From positions 60,505-102,889 of the forward strand of contig PS015504.1 of assembly GCA_048213135.1 (NCBI GenBank): a stretch of 42,385 bases of DNA. Reading direction: 5' to 3'. This stretch comes from Reclinomonas americana ATCC 50394. Its lineage: Eukaryota. The notes beneath the pieces are model-generated. The model saw only the letters and a list, made by a program, of their open reading frames with translations. It ran no database searches and was not told the origin of the DNA. Numbering within the stretch: the stretch's first letter is position 1; each line of letters opens with the position of its first letter. The translations under genes and the position numbers were made by a program. Below are positions 35,902 to 42,385 of the stretch, one piece after another.

Positions 35902-38900
35902 ATGAGTCACCTGTAAGCGAGCGCGCCGCTGAAGGCAGTTTTCACCTCCTCTCGCGCACGCAGACCGGACAAACACACGCTGGAACATCTCTCTCACGCT
36001 CGCTTGNNNNNNNNNNNNNNNNNNNNNNNNNNNNNNNNNNNNNNNNNNNNNNNNNNNNNNNNNNNNNNNNNNNNNNNNNNNNNNNNNNNNNNNNNNNNNN
36101 NNNNNNNNNNNNNNNNNNNNNNNNNNNNNNNNNNNNNNNNNNNNNNNNNNNNNNNNNNNNNNNNNNNNNNNNNNNNNNNNNNNNNNNNNNNNNNNNNNNN
36201 NNNNNNNNNNNNNNNNNNNNNNNNNNNNNNNNNNNNNNNNNNNNNNNNNNNNNNNNNNNNNNNNNNNNNNNNNNNNNNNNNNNNNNNNNNNNNNNNNNNN
36301 NNNNNNNNNNNNNNNNNNNNNNNNNNNNNNNNNNNNNNNNNNNNNNNNNNNNNNNNNNNNNNNNNNNNNNNNNNNNNNNNNNNNNNNNNNNNNNNNNNNN
36401 NNNNNNNNNNNNNNNNNNNNNNNNNNNNNNNNNNNNNNNNNNNNNNNNNNNNNNNNNNNNNNNNNNNNNNNNNNNNNNNNNNNNNNNNNNNNNNNNNNNN
36501 NNNNNNNNNNNNNNNNNNNNNNNNNNNNNNNNNNNNNNNNNNNNNGCCGTTGCACACACACTGAAAGAGACGCGCTCTGTGCTAAACACAATTTGCTGGG
36601 TGTGCGCAGAACGAGTGCGAGCGCCTGAGGAGACTAGTCGTCACTCTGCAGCGCGACCTTGCAGTTACTTCGCCGCCCCGGACACATCCAGCCCCTCGCC
36701 CCTTTTTTTCACACTCCCCCTCTCTGTCACCTGCGCAGGAGAAGCAACGTCGACTGCACGAGAACGGCGTGTACATTGAGGTGGCGAGGGCGAAGCTGGA
36801 CCGCAAGAACAAGGTCATCATGTACATTCGACGGACACTCTTCCAGGAGGTGGTGCGACTGCGTGAGGAACTGTACAAGCAGAGCAAGGCCGGCGGCAAC
36901 TACACGGTACGTAGAGCAAGGCGTTTGCATGTGTGTGTGGCCAGATGGGCTCACACACGCGACGGTGGCATGCAGAGCGAGTTCGAGAGCCTCTTCGACA
37001 TGGCGATGTTGATGGACGAGATCTCGCAGGGCGACGGCCCCGACCGCGCCATGTCGCCCGAGGCCAATGCCAACCTGATCGAGAAGCTGAAGAAGCAAGC
37101 CGACGCCAACAACCAGGCCATGGAGCTCAAGTACTCGGTGCTGATGGAGGAACTGAAGGAGGTATGCGCGAGGGTCCCTTGGCCACAGAGTGACGGGAGT
37201 TGTCCTCACCTAACTGTGTTGTAGAAATACGAGCGGCAGCTGTCTGATCTGGCCGCCGACATGGGCGAGGAGATCGCCAACCTGCGTGCTGATCGGGAGA
37301 ACGCCGAGATTCAGGCCGACTTGCGCGTCCGCCAGGCCATCGAGGAGGTGGAGAACGAGCTGGAGCTCGTCAGGAGGTGCGCGTCCACATGCACCGTGCG
37401 CACATCCATTGCCCTCCACTCTCCCTCTCTCTCACACGTGTGCACAGAGATGCCATTGATCGCAGCAGCATGATGGAGGCAGAGATGGAGGCACTGCAAA
37501 AGCGCAACGACGCCCTGAACGCGGACCTCGATCAAGCCATGACCAACTTGGCCGGCTACGACGAGCTGCAGGAGAAGCTTCGGCAGGCCGAGGAGGAGTT
37601 GAATGAGCACCGAGAGAGTGCGCAGGGCCGGCGCGCCGAGTTGGCACTCGCCGAGACCAAGCTTGCGCAGGATCACGAACAACTGCAGGCCTCCTTCAGG
37701 ACACTCCAGGCCACCCTCGACGACAAAGAAGCAACATTGGAGGAGCTCGAACGCAAATGCAACGAGCTCGACGTCAAGCACTCCGAGTTGTCGTACGAGA
37801 ACGAGCGGTGGACAGACTTGCGATCGTCGGTGGTGCTGGACGAGGCACAGAACCGATACATATGCCAGGAGCTGGTGGACTTGCGACGGCAGATCGCCGA
37901 CCTGGAGCGCACACTGCGTGACGAAAAGACGCTGCGCAACAAGCAGGCCAAGAAAATCATGTCCAAGGCCAAGGCCACTGGCGAAGAGGAGAATGGCCGG
38001 CGCTCCTCCACTTCGTCGGTCACCTCACCCAACTCGAGAGTTGCGTCGATAGTGTCTCACCCTGTGTCGGTGAGATCTCTGGCGACTCGCTCACCCTCGT
38101 TGCTGCGTACTGTAGGCCGGTACGCCAAGTGGCGCCTCTGCTGGTGGTGCTGTCGCAGAGACGGACGACAAGGAGACACAGACACAGGAGGTGACGGTGG
38201 TCGACGGAGGCCGAGTGTCCACGCTGGAGACTGCCAACAGAACACTGGAGGCCACAAAGAAGGCTCTGGAGCAGCACGCATCGACACTGGAGGAGAAACT
38301 CAACAAGGCCACGGCCGATGTCAATCGTCTGCAGCGACGCTTGGTGCAGGTGTGTGTGTGGTGGCAAGCGGTCGGGAGAGAGTGATGACGAGTGGTTGCT
38401 GACGACGATATGTATCCACAGGTCGGCGGCGAAGGAGAGCGCAAGTTCTTCTCCTCGCCAAGCTCCAAGGGCAGCCCGAAGAATGACACCTCCGCAGCCT
38501 CCGACCAGTACGCGGGCATGGAGGTGGCGCCACCCAACGACGAGCCCTTTGACGAGCGCGCGGCCTTCCGGCCACGCAAGGGCTCGTCGCCCAACAGTGT
38601 GCGTCAAGTCGACATTCACGGCCTCGGCAGCGACGACAGTGCCGGCATGTCGGACGACGCAGAAGAATCGAGTTCTCGCCAAGAGCGTCGCCGAAAGAAG
38701 CGACAAAAGGCGACGGCATTCAGGTGAGCGAACAATTGTTGTACATTATCCGGTTTTGGGCAGCAGCATTGATATCATGACGCGCACGCAGCAATATGGA
38801 TGTGTATGAGCGCATGATGCAACGCTCGGTCCAGTCGCGACAGCGCCTGGAGGAACAGCGCAGCCTGCACGCCGGCGAAGTCCGTCAGATGTGGGAGCGG

Positions 38901-41516
38901 CTGCTGGCGGTCACTGGCTACGGCAACCTCTCCGACGAGGTGCTGTCGCCCGAAATCGACAAGATGACGGTCGAGGCACTCGAGCTGGTCGGCAATGGCG
39001 GCTACGGCGGCCGCTCTGGGTTCGCTGGTGGTGCCACGAGCAGTGGGACCGAGAGCGATGGTGAGTATCCGCGGAACCGGCCGTCGCTGCAGGAACTGCG
39101 CGCCATGTATCATCGCCACCTGGCCGAGGCGATGCGCTCGCGATCGGTGAGTGTTCGAAAGAGAGTAAGAGGAGAAGGTGGACTGCACGAATATTGACCA
39201 CGGTGGGCGTGGGGGCAGCCGTCGTTTGCAGCTGCCTCCGAATCATTTTTGGCCGACCATGCGGGTGAGCGTGAATTCCTGCCGGCCAACTTGCGCGGCG
39301 TCCCCGGCGCCCCAGCCACCACCACCACCACGACTTCACAGTTGCTACTGGATGCATTGGCGACGAAGCGGTTGCTCGATAAGCAGACCGAGGAGGAGAT
39401 GCGCAGAGAGTACGAGCGGGACCACGGTCAGTGGGCGTCTCGCTGTCGATGTGATGCATCTTGTGCGAGTGCTGACAGTCGCAACCCACAGCTCCGATGC
39501 CGCCACCGCTGTGGGGCACACGCACACCGCAGTCGGTGTACTCGCTGATGAGCTCCACCGGTCCCCTCAACACCAGCGAGTTGAGTCAGTTGGCGACGAG
39601 CTCGCTGAACCACTCGTTGCACATTAGCAGCATGGGCGGACCGTCCGGCAGTCGCGCCTCTTCGCCACCTTCTCGCCCACCCGCCACGCACACGCACATG
39701 GCCAGCAGTGGCTCTGCCAGTGGCACTGCGTCGCGCTCCACGTCACCCGTGCGACAGCCGGTGGTCACTGTGCAAAACATGCCGCTGATGGCGCGCGACG
39801 GGTCGAACCCCGTGGCCCAGATGCTGCTCGGTCGCCAGTTCACCCACGAGAGCATTCGCGACGACGACGACATGGTCATGGACGACGATGGCGAAGGCGA
39901 CGCTGGCGGCATGCAACAGACAATCACTGGCTCGCACTTCTCGCCCATGTCGGTCGGCAGCAATGCCAGTATTGCGGTCGCGGCCGGCACTGGTCACAGT
40001 GGTCCAGTCACCGAGTTTGCGGCGGCTGTGGAGGCCAGTCGAAGGAAGCAACGGCCGGCCACCGCTCCGCACCGCTCGGTCGCTTCGGCGGATCTGCTCG
40101 ACATGGCGGCCAACGGCGGCGGCAGTGGTGGTGGTCCGATTATGACCGCGACAGCGGCACTCACGGCGGCTGGCGGTGTTTCCGGTGGTGGTGCCTCTGG
40201 TCTGGTCGACGCGGCGCTGGCGTTGCGCAAGCCTCGGCCGAGCACCGCGCAGTCGCTGCGCTCCGCCTCGTGGGCTCCGTACGGCGTCGTGTCATCGTCT
40301 TCCGGTGGCGCCGTGCAAGCCACCATTCCAGAGGGTGGTGCATCGCGCAGCACGGCCTCCGAGTCCGTCTCCAACTCGGTGGTGACTGCGAGTACCGGAA
40401 CTGGCACGGCATGGAGGTCAGTTGGCGCAGCGGTGGTACTCGTGGGAAGCAGACTCCTCACTTTGTTATTGCCACAGACGACCACAGAATGCTGTCGCCG
40501 GCGTCGGAAGCCTATCGCAGTCGTCCAGTTCGAACGACATGGCAGCCTCCATGCAGCTCGTGTCGGCCTCGCACGGCAAGTTCACTCGGCAGATGCGCGA
40601 CTTGCTGAACATGCAAAAGGCCGAGCGGCATCGCCAGATGCCCGCCGTCCGCAACGCACGCACCGCGAACGCCTCATTGTTCCGTGGTCGCGCACTTGTC
40701 AGGTATGGTTTTCTTGATGTGCACAGTCTGTCTTTCTTTCCGCTGATCACGGCGGTGATGCAGACCACTGTCGGCCGGGAAGAGAGAGGACGAGCCGGCA
40801 AGTGTTGCGGTACGACCGACCAGCTCGAAGAGCAACATGGACTGTTGCGTGCATCGCATCACGTGGCTGATATCTGTTTCTCTGAGATTTGCTGATCATT
40901 GCGATTGTGTGCATGCAGTGCATGCTGCTGGCCGCGGTCGGACACCCGTACTGCCACCAGCTGCAGACACTCCCACCAATCCAGCCGACCTCTTGCGCCA
41001 TCTGTTGCGTCCCTTCTCCTCCCCTCGGTGTTTGTTCGCCGTCTCACGTACTTTCCCTTTCCCTTTCGCAGCGAGGAAAATAGTCCGCCGAGTTCATTCA
41101 CGCTGACGCTCCGCAAGAAGCTCGAGCGACTGGAAGAAGGCGAGCGACAGCGTGAGGGTTCCACCAAGCTGCTGGCCTCCGATTACCTTCGGCGTGTCGT
41201 CGATGGTGATGAGAGTGGATCCGCGGTCAATGGATCGCTGGAAACCAGCCTGCAAGCCGATGTCATCAACCAGTACCTGGCGCAGAGCGAATCCACCCCG
41301 GTGCCACATCCTGCTGGCCGACCCCAACGCTCACTGAGTGTGGGCGCCCCCACACGAGGCTCCTCGGCCCCCATAAAACGAAGCCCCGACTTGCGTGGTG
41401 AACCCTGCGAGCCGGTGGAGGGTGGCGGCGTCGGTGTCGGTGGCCTCGATGTCACCAGTCCCTCCTCTCGCTTCGTGAACCGCGTGCGCTACGCCTCGCG
41501 GCAGCACATAAAATGA
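35902..41516 (+). CDS. Large coiled-coil protein with low-complexity C-terminal half, unknown function
   Basis: Spliced heptad-rich exons (NECERLRRLVVTLQRDLA|EKQRRLHENG...RTLFQEVVRLREELY; MEAEMEALQKRNDALNADLDQ...), then Ser/Gly/Ala-rich exons with RPATA/RPSTA motifs; stop TGA 41514-41516. The start (MSHL|PDK...) is tentative because gap 36007-36545 intervenes. Confidence 0.7.
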
Positions 41517-41585
41517 ATGACTTGTACTTGATAATAATGCAAGAAAAACAGGCGTCCTGTGTGTGTTCGAATTCATATCACTGCA

Positions 41586-42385
41586 ATGTTGTCGCGCGTG
41601 TTGCGTCGGGCGTTCAGTGATGCCGCGTTTGCGGCAAGTGTCTATGAGTTGCATTCATGCACACACGCACACACACACACACACTCTCTTCTGCATTGTT
41701 CCCTCACACTGAGGTGCTATGCAGTCATCCGATGCGTCGCGCTCCCGGACCTCATCTCTCCAAACATGAGACGGCCGCGGTGATTCTGCGCTATCCCGCC
41801 GTGCAGCGCGCCATGGAAGACGAGAGCAGACGCACTGGCAAGTCGCTGGCACAAGTGGAGAAGGAGTTGTGTGTGTGTGTGATTGCGTGTGTGCATTCTT
41901 GTGCCTCATCATCTCCCCCGTCCTCGCAGATCGCGCGATGCACTGCTGTTCATGGTCGCTGAGCCACGCATGGCACACATTCGTGTCATCTTCTATGTGC
42001 TGGTGAGGAGATGTGTGTGTATGTGATGTGCGACTGGAGTGTGCGGACGGCTCACATGCTGCGGGAATCCACCAGCGCAAGGTCATTCGCCGCATGTTCT
42101 CCAGCATCCATGTCGATCGCGAGGGCGCCACGCAGGTGTGTGGCAGGCGAGAGGGGTGATGCGGAGAAAGAGAGAATGAGTTGTCTCACGCTGCCGGTAG
42201 ATTCGTGCCGCACTCGAACGAGCCCCGATTGTGCTGCTGCCGACCCACAAGGTCAGTTGTCTGTCTCGTGGACGACGCTCCACGCTGCTTGTTGTTGGCT
42301 CAAGTGACTCGCACAGGCGCACATGGACTATCTGATCATGCCTTGGACGCTGGTCACGGAGGCTGGCATCGAGTGCCCCGTGTGC
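41586..42385 (+). CDS. Glycerol-3-phosphate / dihydroxyacetone-phosphate acyltransferase (GPAT1/GNPAT/PlsB family), 3' partial
   Basis: ...RKVIRRMFSSIHVDREGATQ|IRAALERAPIVLLPTHK|AHMDYLIMPW contains the acyltransferase HxxxxD motif in its family context (LLPxH(R/K)xHxDY). The N-terminus MLSRVLRRAFS resembles a mitochondrial presequence. Confidence 0.85.

Noticed and set aside
220-41009. GTTGCG introns as an introner (transposon-derived) family, or as TT-AG or U12 introns
   Set aside because: Intron bodies share no visible similarity, TIRs or TSDs. Conserved residues require cleavage before GT. No RTATCCTT donor was found.
206-42385. Alternative genetic code, selenocysteine or frameshifting to explain fragmented ORFs
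   Set aside because: All breaks in conserved proteins resolve with GT-AG introns, and TAA, TAG and TGA all serve as terminal stops.

Overview
Eukaryotic (protist-like, GC-rich, probably flagellated) draft-assembly DNA with four N gaps. It holds 11 tightly packed, intron-dense genes that I reconstructed by hand; most introns are about 55-90 nt, GT-AG, with a CTCAC/CTGAC/CTAAC branch motif. In order: an alpha-solenoid + TPR protein (+), CHFR (FHA-RING-Cys-rich-PBZ, -), a class V PLP enzyme of the Egt2/L-cysteine desulfhydrase type (+), an EF-hand protein (-), LST8 (+), an N-acylation-signal UMP-CMP kinase (+), a TSNAXIP1-family protein (+), a secreted orphan (+), a BLTP3/UHRF1BP1-like Chorein_N lipid-bridge protein with PH domain and coiled coil (-), a coiled-coil orphan (+) and a 3'-truncated GPAT/DHAPAT (+). 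The strongest unexpected signal is in splicing. About a quarter of the roughly 120-130 inferred introns start with GTTGCG or a related GTTNNG, i.e. the usual local donor GTGCG displaced by one base. These sites almost never have G as the last exonic base, and several are fixed by conserved residues in CHFR, LST8 and TSNAXIP1. This suggests a second major 5' splice-site class or recognition register. Exon structures are inferred without RNA data. Most ORFs in the supplied track are artefacts of introns, gaps and low-complexity sequence.
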